Source: a virus
Lineage: Duplodnaviria; Caudoviricetes
Virus record (IMG/VR): IMGVR_UViG_3300017754_001058
Span: 1 to 61,297 of that record
Reading direction: 5' to 3' (one strand)
DNA length: 61,297 bases
Shown here: positions 9,776 to 19,400 of the stretch, piece after piece
Position numbering within the stretch: position 1 is the stretch's first letter
Layout of the letters: the number at the start of each line of letters is the position of its first letter
Notes under the pieces: generated by a model
Told to the model about the DNA's origin: nothing
Seen by the model: the letters and a program-made list of their open reading frames with translations, nothing else
Database searches by the model: none
Made by a program: the position numbers and the translations under genes

Positions 9776-10392
9776 TGAGTGGTATCCAAATGGCGTTGCT
9801 TGGATCGCGTGGAGGTTTCTCTCCTGTCACCAACACGTACACGTCTGGCACTGGTGCTACTGAAACAGTGCCTACTGGCGCTACGCAGGTTGTTATCACG
9901 GTAGATGGCGGCGGCGGTGCTGGGGGCTTCGACAACGCCGAGCTAGGGGGCGGTGGCGGTGGTGGCGGTCGCGCTGTCAGGACTATTGCGGTGATTGGTG
10001 GCAATACCATGACTTATACGGTCGCCCCCGCTGCCAACGGGCGTGACACTACCGGCACCGGCGCGGCGGGTAGCTCCTCATCCGTATCAGGTACTGTCTC
10101 AGGCGGCTCCGTAAGCATGACCGCCAACGGTGGCGGCGGCGGCGCTTCGTTTACTGGTGGTGCGGGTGGCACAGCTACAGGCGGCACCACTAACACTTCA
10201 GGCTCCGCAGGTAACGACGGAGGAATTGGCGGCGCAGGGGGTGCTGGCGCAAGTGGCGCGGCAGGTGGTGATTACCTCGGAACAATCTCCGGTACGGCTC
10301 CGGGCGGCGGTGGCGGTGGTAGTGGTAGTATCGCAGGAAATGTTACCTCCGGCACGGGTGCGCGCGGCCAAGTTTCGTTTGCTTACACCTAA
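9775..10392 (+). CDS. Glycine-rich tail/fibre-associated protein
   Basis: TAATG coupling; VPTGATQVVITVDGGGG followed by Gly-rich runs. Confidence 0.7.
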   Translation: MSGIQMALLGSRGGFSPVTNTYTSGTGATETVPTGATQVVITVDGGGGAGGFDNAELGGGGGGGGRAVRTIAVIGGNTMTYTVAPAANGRDTTGTGAAGSSSSVSGTVSGGSVSMTANGGGGGASFTGGAGGTATGGTTNTSGSAGNDGGIGGAGGAGASGAAGGDYLGTISGTAPGGGGGGSGSIAGNVTSGTGARGQVSFAYT

Positions 10393-10406
10393 GAGATAGG
10401 TAGCTA

Positions 10407-12323
10407 ATGCCCTTCGTCAAACTCCAGTTTAAGCCGGGTGTGAACCGCGACCAGACCGACTACTCCAACGAGGGCGGCTGGTACGAGTGCGACAAAATTC
10501 GGTTTCGCTCCGGGTACCCGGAGAAGATTGGCGGCTGGGTTAAGTCTACGCCTACTACGTTTGACGGCGTGTGCCGCCAGATGTGGAACTGGATCACCAC
10601 GTTCTCCGACAACCTGCTGGCGATGGGCACGAACGATAAGGTCTATATTGAGAGCGGCGGCTACTTTAACGACATCACACCGTTTACCACTGCGCTAGCA
10701 GGGTCGAACACCTTTGCGGTAACCACTGGTGTTAAGCTCGTCACGGTGACCACCACGACTGCGCTCCCTTCGTGGCTTAATACCGGCGAACCGGTGTTTA
10801 TTGCTGGGTTTGCTTCATCCCTTGGCGGCGTCCCTATTGGTGAGCTGAATGGCGTCCGCACCGTCACTGTGACAGGGGCCAACAGCTTTACGTTCCCGAC
10901 GACGACTACACCCACAACTGCCTCCGTAAGCGGCTCGGGCTATACGGTGCAGGCCGAAATTGAGCCGGGTAATGCCATCTCGGTTACCGGCCTTGGTTGG
11001 GGTGCTGGGACTTGGGGGCGTGCCGCATGGGGGCTTGGGGCTACCGATGGAGGGGTTAAGCTCCCGCAGCGCGACTGGTGGTTTGACAACTTCGATAACG
11101 ACCTCGCGATGAATATCCGCAACGGTCCGGGTTACTGGTGGGTGCGGGGGGTGAACGATGACCCTGTTAATTCTCTGGCTACGCACGCGATAACGCTTCA
11201 AGCTTTGGCAACCTCTGAAGGTAAGGACCCCAACGCTGTCCCGGCGCAAATTATGCAGTTGCTGGTGTCGCAGCAGGACAGACATCTTATCGCCTTTGGC
11301 GCGGTGCCGTTCGGCTCCACCAACGTAGCAGACTTTGACCCCATGCTTATCCGCTGGGCTTCGCAGGATAGCCCCGGTGACTGGACCCCGTCTGAGTTTA
11401 GCTCGGCTGGTGACCTCCGCGTTTCCCGTGGTTCGCGGATCGTTCGTGCGCTTCCAACCCGGCAGGAAGTCTTGGTTTGGACCGACACACACCTCTACAC
11501 GCTCCAGTATCTCGGCACGACGGATGTCTTCGGGCTTCAGGAGTACGCCGACAATATCTCGGTGGCCTCCCCTCGTGCCATGGCTTCGGCAGCTAACGTC
11601 ACCTACTGGATGGGGCAAGACAAGTTCTACATCTACACAGGCCGCATCGAGACGCTACCCTGCACCCTGCGTAACCATGTGTTTAAGAACCTCAACTCCA
11701 ATCAATCCGATCAGATCGTTTGCGGCACCAACGAGCAGTGGAACGAAGTCTGGTGGTTCTACCCAACGGCGGACAGCAGCTACAATAACGCCTATGTCGT
11801 TTTCAACCACCTCGAACAAATTTGGTATTACGGTTCGATTGATCGTACAGCATGGCTTGATACCCCACTGCGTAATTCCCCGCAGGGTGCGAACACTCCT
11901 GTATCAAACACAACAGGGGAAGTAACCGGTGGCGGCTATCTCTACGCCCATGAGAGCGGCACAAACGACGACGCGTTGCCCATGGATAGCTACATCCAGT
12001 CGTCACCTTTTGACATCGGTGACGGGGACAACTTCATGCTCATCCGCCGCATCCTTCCCGACGTTAACTTCGATGGGTCTACAGCGGCTACGCCGGAAGT
12101 AACGCTGACCGTAATCCCACGTAACTTCCCCGGTGGCTCGATCCAATCCGACGCTGCTGATACCCAGCGCGTGATCCAGACTACGGCTAACCAGTATACC
12201 GATCAGGTCTTCATGCGCGCCCGTGCGCGCCAGATGGCGTTTAAGATCAGGTCCCAGAACCTCGGGGTCCAGTGGCAGCTTGGTACGCCGCGCCTTGATG
12301 CTCGGCAGGATGGTTCCCGCTAA
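10407..12323 (+). CDS. Putative tail tubular/nozzle protein (P22 gp10 / tubular-B-like)
   Basis: 638 aa, Trp-rich propeller-like repeats (LIRWASQD, EVWWFYP, RTAW); precedes the ejection proteins. Confidence 0.65.
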   Translation: MPFVKLQFKPGVNRDQTDYSNEGGWYECDKIRFRSGYPEKIGGWVKSTPTTFDGVCRQMWNWITTFSDNLLAMGTNDKVYIESGGYFNDITPFTTALAGSNTFAVTTGVKLVTVTTTTALPSWLNTGEPVFIAGFASSLGGVPIGELNGVRTVTVTGANSFTFPTTTTPTTASVSGSGYTVQAEIEPGNAISVTGLGWGAGTWGRAAWGLGATDGGVKLPQRDWWFDNFDNDLAMNIRNGPGYWWVRGVNDDPVNSLATHAITLQALATSEGKDPNAVPAQIMQLLVSQQDRHLIAFGAVPFGSTNVADFDPMLIRWASQDSPGDWTPSEFSSAGDLRVSRGSRIVRALPTRQEVLVWTDTHLYTLQYLGTTDVFGLQEYADNISVASPRAMASAANVTYWMGQDKFYIYTGRIETLPCTLRNHVFKNLNSNQSDQIVCGTNEQWNEVWWFYPTADSSYNNAYVVFNHLEQIWYYGSIDRTAWLDTPLRNSPQGANTPVSNTTGEVTGGGYLYAHESGTNDDALPMDSYIQSSPFDIGDGDNFMLIRRILPDVNFDGSTAATPEVTLTVIPRNFPGGSIQSDAADTQRVIQTTANQYTDQVFMRARARQMAFKIRSQNLGVQWQLGTPRLDARQDGSR

Positions 12324-12625
12324 TGGCAATGGACAAGTTCCGGTTTCCACCACTGCCTAACCCACCCCCAAGGTGGGACGCACAGTACATGCGGCAGGTC
12401 TTGCGCGTGATGGAGAACTACTTCTCCCAGCTTGACTCACGTACTCCCAACAACGCTGAGAAGTACACGGCCACTACATTCAATGGTATAGCTGCCACGA
12501 AGAACGTGACCACGACAGAGAAGAACGCTCTGACCCCCGACGTTGGCTGGGTTGTTTTCGATACTGACCTCGGAAAGCTTTGTGTATATAATGGGTCTGC
12601 TTGGCAGACTGTGACTTCGACGTAG
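12323..12625 (+). CDS. Hypothetical virion protein
   Basis: TAATG coupling; C-terminal GWVVFDTDLGKLCVYNGSAW fibre-type motif. Confidence 0.7.
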   Translation: MAMDKFRFPPLPNPPPRWDAQYMRQVLRVMENYFSQLDSRTPNNAEKYTATTFNGIAATKNVTTTEKNALTPDVGWVVFDTDLGKLCVYNGSAWQTVTST

Positions 12626-12634
12626 GGAATAACC

Positions 12635-13966
12635 ATGAACCAGCAGATGGCGCAGCATATCCAGTCGCAGGGTCGTAACGGCGACTCTGTGCTTGTGCAT
12701 ATGACCCCCGGTGAGGTTAGTGGTCTTCAACAGCTTGCTATGGCGCATGGCGGCTCTCTTACGATCAACCCTGAGACTGGCCTTCCCGAAGCTAGCTTCC
12801 TGAAGAAGCTGCTCCCGATGATTGCGGGTATTGGTCTCAACTTTATCCTGCCGGGTTCTGGTGCGCTTGTTGGTGCTTTGGGCGGCAAAGCCGCCGCTGC
12901 GGGTATCCTAACTGGTCTGGGTGCAACTGCCGTCACGGGCGACCTCAAGAAAGGTCTGATGGCTGGCCTCGGCGCATACGGCGGCGCTTCGCTTGCTGGT
13001 GGTATCCAAGGTGCCGTTAGCGGCGCGACTGCACCAATTGCCGCTAAAGCTGCAGGTACTGAAGCTGCAAAAGCCGCCGCACAAGAAGGGGTGCAGACTG
13101 CCGCGCAGGGGATCGCGGAGCAGGGCGCTCAAGCTGCCGCTAAAAAGGGTCTGGCGGGTTTCGCACAGGGCTTTGCTAATACAGCTAAGGGCGTACCCCT
13201 TACTGGGGGTCCTGCGGCTACTGGGCTATTCGCTAAGGCTGCTGTCCCCCTTGCTGCGTCCGGTGTGCTCGGCAGTCTCTCAGGGTCTGGAGGGGTGGTA
13301 GCGCCTGATGGTCGGATTGATAACTCGTACCAAGGGCCGCACTTTGCGCAGGATCGGCAGCAGATTTTTGATCCTAACGGTCCGGTGACAAGCAGGCAGC
13401 GTAGGTTCTTCAACGTGGACATGCCTGAAATCCGCAACGCTATGGGTCAGGTTACGCAGCCGGGATCACACACTATCCGAGGTACCCAGATCATGCAGCC
13501 GGTGCTGAACCCGAACGCTAGGAAGGGTCAGCCGATGTACAACTTCGTACCGACTACGTATCAGGGCGGCATCGACCCCACTCCGACTAGCTACACTGGC
13601 TATGCCCGTGGTGGGGAAATCGAACTGGCTGATGGAGCCTTTGTCGTTGATGCGCGCACAGTCTCGGAAATCGGGAACGGCAGCAGTAGTGCTGGTATAG
13701 AAGCCCTTCGTCGCCTTGGGGGTCGCCCTGTTCGCGGCGGCGGTGATGGCGTTAGCGATAGCGTACGTGCTCGTATTGGTAAGCGTCAGCCTGCTCGTGT
13801 TGCTCGGGATGAAGTGATTATACCCGCAGATGCCGTCCGTCGTCTTGGTAAGGGCAATGCTCAACGTGGTGCAGACAAGCTCTACGCTCTTATGAATAAG
13901 GCACATAAGGCGCGTAAGAAAGCAAAACGTGGTCAGGACACCAAGCTGCGCCGTGGGCTGGCGTGA
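12635..13966 (+). CDS. Putative internal virion/ejection protein
   Basis: GRNGDSVLVHM...TINPETGLPEA N-terminus, hydrophobic Ala/Gly region, and two related C-terminal modules (LADGAFVVDARTV..G.G / VARDEVIIPADAV..LG.G). Confidence 0.65.
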   Translation: MNQQMAQHIQSQGRNGDSVLVHMTPGEVSGLQQLAMAHGGSLTINPETGLPEASFLKKLLPMIAGIGLNFILPGSGALVGALGGKAAAAGILTGLGATAVTGDLKKGLMAGLGAYGGASLAGGIQGAVSGATAPIAAKAAGTEAAKAAAQEGVQTAAQGIAEQGAQAAAKKGLAGFAQGFANTAKGVPLTGGPAATGLFAKAAVPLAASGVLGSLSGSGGVVAPDGRIDNSYQGPHFAQDRQQIFDPNGPVTSRQRRFFNVDMPEIRNAMGQVTQPGSHTIRGTQIMQPVLNPNARKGQPMYNFVPTTYQGGIDPTPTSYTGYARGGEIELADGAFVVDARTVSEIGNGSSSAGIEALRRLGGRPVRGGGDGVSDSVRARIGKRQPARVARDEVIIPADAVRRLGKGNAQRGADKLYALMNKAHKARKKAKRGQDTKLRRGLA

Positions 13967-14008
13967 TTTATAAGTGACGCGTTATCGCGCATACGGTAGG
14001 GGTTTGTA

Positions 14009-15124
14009 ATGGCTAAGACGCAAGTCCAAAATATAACGCAGACCACATCGAACATCGGTGCGGCGCAGCTGCCGTACTATAATACCGCGATGCAGACTGC
14101 GCAGGGGTTGCTCACTGCTCAGACGCCCATCTACGACCGTGACCGTATTGCAGGGTTTACCGACCAGCAAAAGAAACTTCAGGGTGAAGTAGCTGGGATG
14201 CAGACGCCGGGTCAGTTTGGCTCGGCTACTAACTTGGCAAATCAGGCGGGACTCGGGGCGCTTGGAGCTGGCAACTATACGCCGGGGCAGTTTAATGCGG
14301 ATCAGGTTAACGCCCCTAACCTCAACTACTTCCAGATGGGTGAAGCTCAGCAGTTTGGTAACGACCAAGCTCAGCAGTACATGTCGCCGTACTTCCAGAA
14401 TGTGCTGGATGTCCAAAAGCGCGTGGCTCAGGAAGACGCTCAGCGCAGTCAGTTGATGCAGAACTTGGGTGCGGCTCGTCAGGGTACATACGGTGGTAGC
14501 CGTCAGCTACTTGCTGGTCTTACCCGTGAGCGCGACCTTAGCCAGCAGATGGGCGACATTCAGGCCAAGGGCCTCCAGTCTGCCTACGAAAATGCGCAGC
14601 AACAGTTTGAACGTGACCGTCTTGCGGGCTTCAACGTCAACAACGCTAACCTCAACGCAGCGTTGGGTGTGCAAACCTTGGGGGCTAACACAGGTCTTCA
14701 GGCAGCGCTTGCTAACCAGCAGTACGGCTTTGAGGCGCAGAAAGCTGCAGAGCAGTCGCGTCAGTTCGGTGCTGACGTTGGGCTTAGGGGCTATGAGACT
14801 GCGGGTAACATGGCCCAGACCCTTACCAATATTGGTTCGGCCCAGCAGCAGGCGGATGCACAGCGTCTGGCAATGCAGCAATCGACGGCGGCGCAGGAGC
14901 AGGCGCTCCAGCAGCAGATGATGGACCTCGACTACGGGGACTTCATGGAAGCGAAAAACGACCCGTATAAGCGTATTCAGCAATACATGAACATCCTGAG
15001 TGGTGTGCCGCAGGCTATGAACACTACGGCAACGACGACCGCACCGGCACCGGGGCTGGCACAACAGATCATGGGTACGGGGCTTGCGGCGGCTGGCGCG
15101 TATAAGACTTTCACGGGGTCGTAA
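14009..15124 (+). CDS. Putative DNA ejection protein (Gln/Ala-rich)
   Basis: QQYMSPY, GTYGGSRQ, Gln/Ala helices, C-terminal GTGLAAAGAY; podoviral ejectosome position. Confidence 0.65.
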   Translation: MAKTQVQNITQTTSNIGAAQLPYYNTAMQTAQGLLTAQTPIYDRDRIAGFTDQQKKLQGEVAGMQTPGQFGSATNLANQAGLGALGAGNYTPGQFNADQVNAPNLNYFQMGEAQQFGNDQAQQYMSPYFQNVLDVQKRVAQEDAQRSQLMQNLGAARQGTYGGSRQLLAGLTRERDLSQQMGDIQAKGLQSAYENAQQQFERDRLAGFNVNNANLNAALGVQTLGANTGLQAALANQQYGFEAQKAAEQSRQFGADVGLRGYETAGNMAQTLTNIGSAQQQADAQRLAMQQSTAAQEQALQQQMMDLDYGDFMEAKNDPYKRIQQYMNILSGVPQAMNTTATTTAPAPGLAQQIMGTGLAAAGAYKTFTGS

Positions 15125-15126
15125 CG

Positions 15127-16437
15127 ATGGAAACTAAACCGTTCAGCATCCAGTCTCCTGAAGCGATTGCCAAGGAGTACGGTGGCAACAAGCAGAAGAT
15201 TGCTCAGGCCATGCAGATGGGGATCGTTGACCCCACTGCGGGTACGCTGGCCGGTATGTTCATCGACCGGATGCGCTCCGCAGCGCAGCAGGAACAGGCA
15301 CCGCAGCAGACTGTTGCTCAGCAGATTATGGCCCCGCAGCCCACACCTGCTCCTCCTGCTCCCCCTATGGGCGCTCCCCCCGCTGGTCTTGGTGCTACGC
15401 CAGAAGCAGCACAGATGATGGCTCCCCCGATGGAGCAGGCTATGGGTATGGCCGAAGGCGGCATGGTGCCGCCCTACATGGCTGGCGGTGGTCTAACCGA
15501 CCTGCCAGTGCCTGATGATATGTTCGACGAACCCCACGACGGCAGCTATGCTGGCGGCGGGATCGTTGCGTTTGCTGCGGGTACGCCGCGTGGAGTGAAG
15601 GCTGCCAAAGCAAAGACACCCGAAGAGTTGGCGGTTGAAGCCAAAGCCAAATCACCTAAGAGCCTCTACGGCAACTATGAAAATCCCGAAGCGCAGCGGG
15701 AGTATATCGAGTCTATATACAAGCCGGAGCGTGAAGCCAGTACCTCTCTTATAGACAGGCTTAAGGGTGCCGGTAGCCCTGAGGAAATGAAGCGCCGCGA
15801 GAACGAGGACATCGGTTCTTTCCTTATGAACTTCGGTGGCAATTTGGCGAGCAAGGCAGGACCTTTTCTATCAGCAGCGGGTGAGTCTCTTGTGGCCACC
15901 ACTCCCCTCCTGCGCGAAAGCGCTAAAGAGCGTCGGGCTGACCAGATGGACGCGCTTAAAACCATGGCTGCTCAGGAAGGGCTTAACAATAAGGAAGCCC
16001 TCGACCTGTACAAGCTGGTGCAGGAGGGCACTAACAAGTACGGCGAGTTTGATGTTGCGCGCCTTACCCGTGAGCAGCAAGAACGACTCGCGCTCCTTCA
16101 AGAGAAGGGTGCAAACTTTAGGGCACGTATGCAGGCTGCTACCAGCATGTATAATGCTGATAAGGGTTACCAAGGGCAGGTGGACGCCGCTGCTCTTAAT
16201 CTCGGTAAGCAAGGCATTGAGATTAGGAAACTTGCTATCAAATCAGTGGACGATAAGATCGGTCCGGGCGGCGATCTTCAGCCACAGTATCTTGATGCAC
16301 TAGAAAAGGGTACAGGCGCTGCTTACCGATCAAGGTTGATTACAGAAGCTGTAGCTGAGATTTCAGATGGCCTTGGTGTAGGCGGCGGTGGCGACGCAGG
16401 TGTTATACGCTACGGCGCGGACGGTAAGAGGATTTAA
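15127..16437 (+). CDS. Putative internal virion protein
   Basis: 436 aa, Pro/Gln linker, MAEGG/MAGGG/YAGGG motifs, helical C-half. Confidence 0.65.
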   Translation: METKPFSIQSPEAIAKEYGGNKQKIAQAMQMGIVDPTAGTLAGMFIDRMRSAAQQEQAPQQTVAQQIMAPQPTPAPPAPPMGAPPAGLGATPEAAQMMAPPMEQAMGMAEGGMVPPYMAGGGLTDLPVPDDMFDEPHDGSYAGGGIVAFAAGTPRGVKAAKAKTPEELAVEAKAKSPKSLYGNYENPEAQREYIESIYKPEREASTSLIDRLKGAGSPEEMKRRENEDIGSFLMNFGGNLASKAGPFLSAAGESLVATTPLLRESAKERRADQMDALKTMAAQEGLNNKEALDLYKLVQEGTNKYGEFDVARLTREQQERLALLQEKGANFRARMQAATSMYNADKGYQGQVDAAALNLGKQGIEIRKLAIKSVDDKIGPGGDLQPQYLDALEKGTGAAYRSRLITEAVAEISDGLGVGGGGDAGVIRYGADGKRI

Positions 16438-16438
16438 C

Positions 16439-19400
16439 ATGCCAATCCGTGCCCAATCGGCTGACGGTAAAATCCACGAGTTCCCAGACGGCACATCACC
16501 AAGCGTAATTGACAGGGTTATGTTTGACTACGCCAAGTCAATTCCTGCTGCTCGCCCTGCACCTACACCTACACCTACACTTACACCTGCTGCTGTGAAG
16601 CCGGGGGCAGAAGCGCCGAATGCGCTTGAGAAGATGGGGTCGCTTGGTTCGCTTGCCGCGTCGGCTGCGGATGTCCCCCTCTCTGCTATTGCTGGGTTGG
16701 CTGGGAGCAGTAAGACTTTCACCGACTTGTTTGGTGCTGACAACGTAGCGTCTAAGGCGCTCGACGATGTTTCTCGTTTGGCTTCGGAGTGGAAATCCTC
16801 TGGGGCGCGTCAGGACGCCAAAGACGCCGCACGAGTGCAGAAGGAAGCCGAAGGCAAGGGTATCTGGGAAGAAGTTAAGGCCGCAGCCAAGGCGTTCACC
16901 TATTCTCCGCTGGAAACTACGGCCAGCGTTCTAGGCTCCTCGGTCCCCTACGCTGCGACAGCTTTGGGCGCTGCTGCTCTTGCTCCTGCATCGGGAGGCG
17001 CAAGCCTCGCCGCATTGTACGGTACGGTAGGCGCTGCTGCGTCTGGTGCCGCTTCCGGCGCGGGTATGATTAAGGGCGACATCTACGACGCTCTGTACTC
17101 TGCGGCGCGAGAAAAAGGTGTCCCTGAAGAGCGAGCAAGGGCTGCTGCAGAGAAGGCGCAGGAGTACGTTGGTCCTAACACCGACCAGATCGCACTGGGT
17201 AGTTTGCTTGGCGCTGCTGCGGCAGCAACCGGTCTTTCGCGTCAGGCTCTGAGTGTAGTTGTCCGCAATGCTGAACGAAAACTCCTGAAGACCGTTACCG
17301 AGAGAACGGGCCGGAAGAGTATTGTTCGAGGTGTCGCACAGGGTGCTCTGGAAGAAGCTATCCCTGAAGCCACACAGGCGGGGCAGGAGCGCTACGCACA
17401 GAATGTTGCCCTTAAGCGGGCTGGGTATGATGTAGACCCGTTGGCTGGCGTTGCTGGTCAAGCAGCATTTGAAGGTCTCGCTTCGCTTATTCCCGGTGGG
17501 TTTGGCGGTGGTAAAGCCGCTGCCACGGAAAATCTAAGCGGGGTACCGCTTCCTCAGAGTAAAGAGCAGATCAAAGCTGAGCGCGAACTGGCGCGGCAGG
17601 CGAAAGCTGCGGGCATCGACCTCGATGAAGAGTCGATTGGCGCTACTTATAATGCGCTTGTGACTAAGCTCGTAGCTGAAGGCATGCCTGAGAGTGAGGC
17701 ACTGATTAAAGCTAGCTCTCTCCTGCCCAGTATTATTGGTGTTCCCGCTAGTGACCTTGGGGAAGTCCCTACCGCAGGTGCAGCAAAGCCTGCGCCTACG
17801 GTCCGTGTGGCTGACGTCACCCCCTCACCTTCCAAAGCCGAGCCTACACGGGCACCGTTGCAGGAAGTTACTCCTGACAAGCTGGCGGAGACGCTGCCCA
17901 CCATCGACGCCGCCTTTACAGAAAACGCAGAGGATTTTGCGGCTGAATATGATGGCGTCACCGAGCTTACGCCCGAAGTCCGCAACGCTGCTGCGGAGCT
18001 TGTCGTCTCGTCAGGTATCGACCCGATTGATGCTATTGGTAGTGTGCTTGAGAGCGCTCAACGCGCTGCGGCTAAACCTATCACTGCGCCTGTAACTCCC
18101 TCGGTAGACGAAGCTGCGGTAGCCCCCGTTGCCGACGCTATTAAGCAGGCTGCTGCCCCTACGGATACTGCTACCCCCTCACTGGCTGAGACGGCAGCGC
18201 GCGATACGGGTATTACTGAAGCCCCCGTGGAGACGCTCGAAGAAGCGATAGCCGATGTCACCCCTGCGCCCGTTGAGGAAGCTGCACCGGTAGTCGAAGA
18301 AGCCACGCCTGCGCCTGTTGAACAAGCGGTGGCTGAGCCTACGCCCGTTGCACCTGAAGCTGCGCCGGAAGCCCCTCCACAGAAAACCATCATCGTCGTG
18401 CATGGTGGCTCTAACTTTGAGGGTATTGACCCTAAGTATTTTGGTACCGGAGAGCCGGGTAACATCCGCCCTCTGGGGAACGGTCTGTACGGCTATGTTA
18501 TTGACAGCACCAACACAGACGAGATTGCAAAGGCGGTTGAGTTTGCTCGCCGCTACGCAGAGAAGTATGGCCGGGGTAATAAAGCCGTCCATGCCTTTCA
18601 GCTTGATGTTGAAGGCGCACGCACCGGGTTTAACGGTCAAGTTATTGAGTCCCTACAGGGTGCGGTCGGCCCTGAACTCCAACGGTATTATGAGACTGCG
18701 GATGCGCGGGATGCTCTACCTGTGGGTTCTCCTGAACGTAAAGCGGCTCAGGCCGAGTTTGAGAAAGCCTACGAGGCCCTCAAAAAAATCCCCGAAGCTA
18801 TGCGTTTCGAACGCCTACCCGTTGGCCTCACTGAAGTCGGTGTAACCGATACTGGGCGTCTGAAACGCATCGGGAAAATCGGTATTGAGCAGTCGGACGC
18901 TGAACTCGTAAAGATCATTCAGGACGCACTTGGGGTCTCTGAAACCCAACAGGAAGCGGTAGCCGAAGAAGAGCTTGCTGCTGAAGAAGCAGTGGTAGAA
19001 GAAGCGGCGGCTGAGCCTGAGGTGGACCCGTACGATACGGCGCTGTACGCTATCGAGGAAGCTTTTTGGGCTACAGACGAAGATGGTAACCCACAACCTG
19101 AGATCGACAAAAAAGCGTATGACCTACTTATCTTGAACGTAGAGAATAAGCTTAACACCCCCGAAAAAATTCTTGCTGGGCTTCAGAAGGCTAAGGCTAG
19201 TTTTGGCGAGCAGCTATTTAACCAACGCTACCGCCCCGGCACTAAAACTACGGGTATCCCACTTGCAGACGCACAAGCTGCTGTAAGCGGGGTGGCTAAG
19301 GGTATCGGGGCTACCCCCAATGTGGTGCAGTCGTTTGACGACCTACCCCCGGAAGCCCAACAGCAAGCGCGGGCAGACGGCGCAACAGACGCGGCAGGTA

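Noticed and set aside
16556-16590. CCTACA hexamer tandem repeat
   Set aside because: Encodes an ordinary Pro-Thr linker; in frame, so no phase variation.
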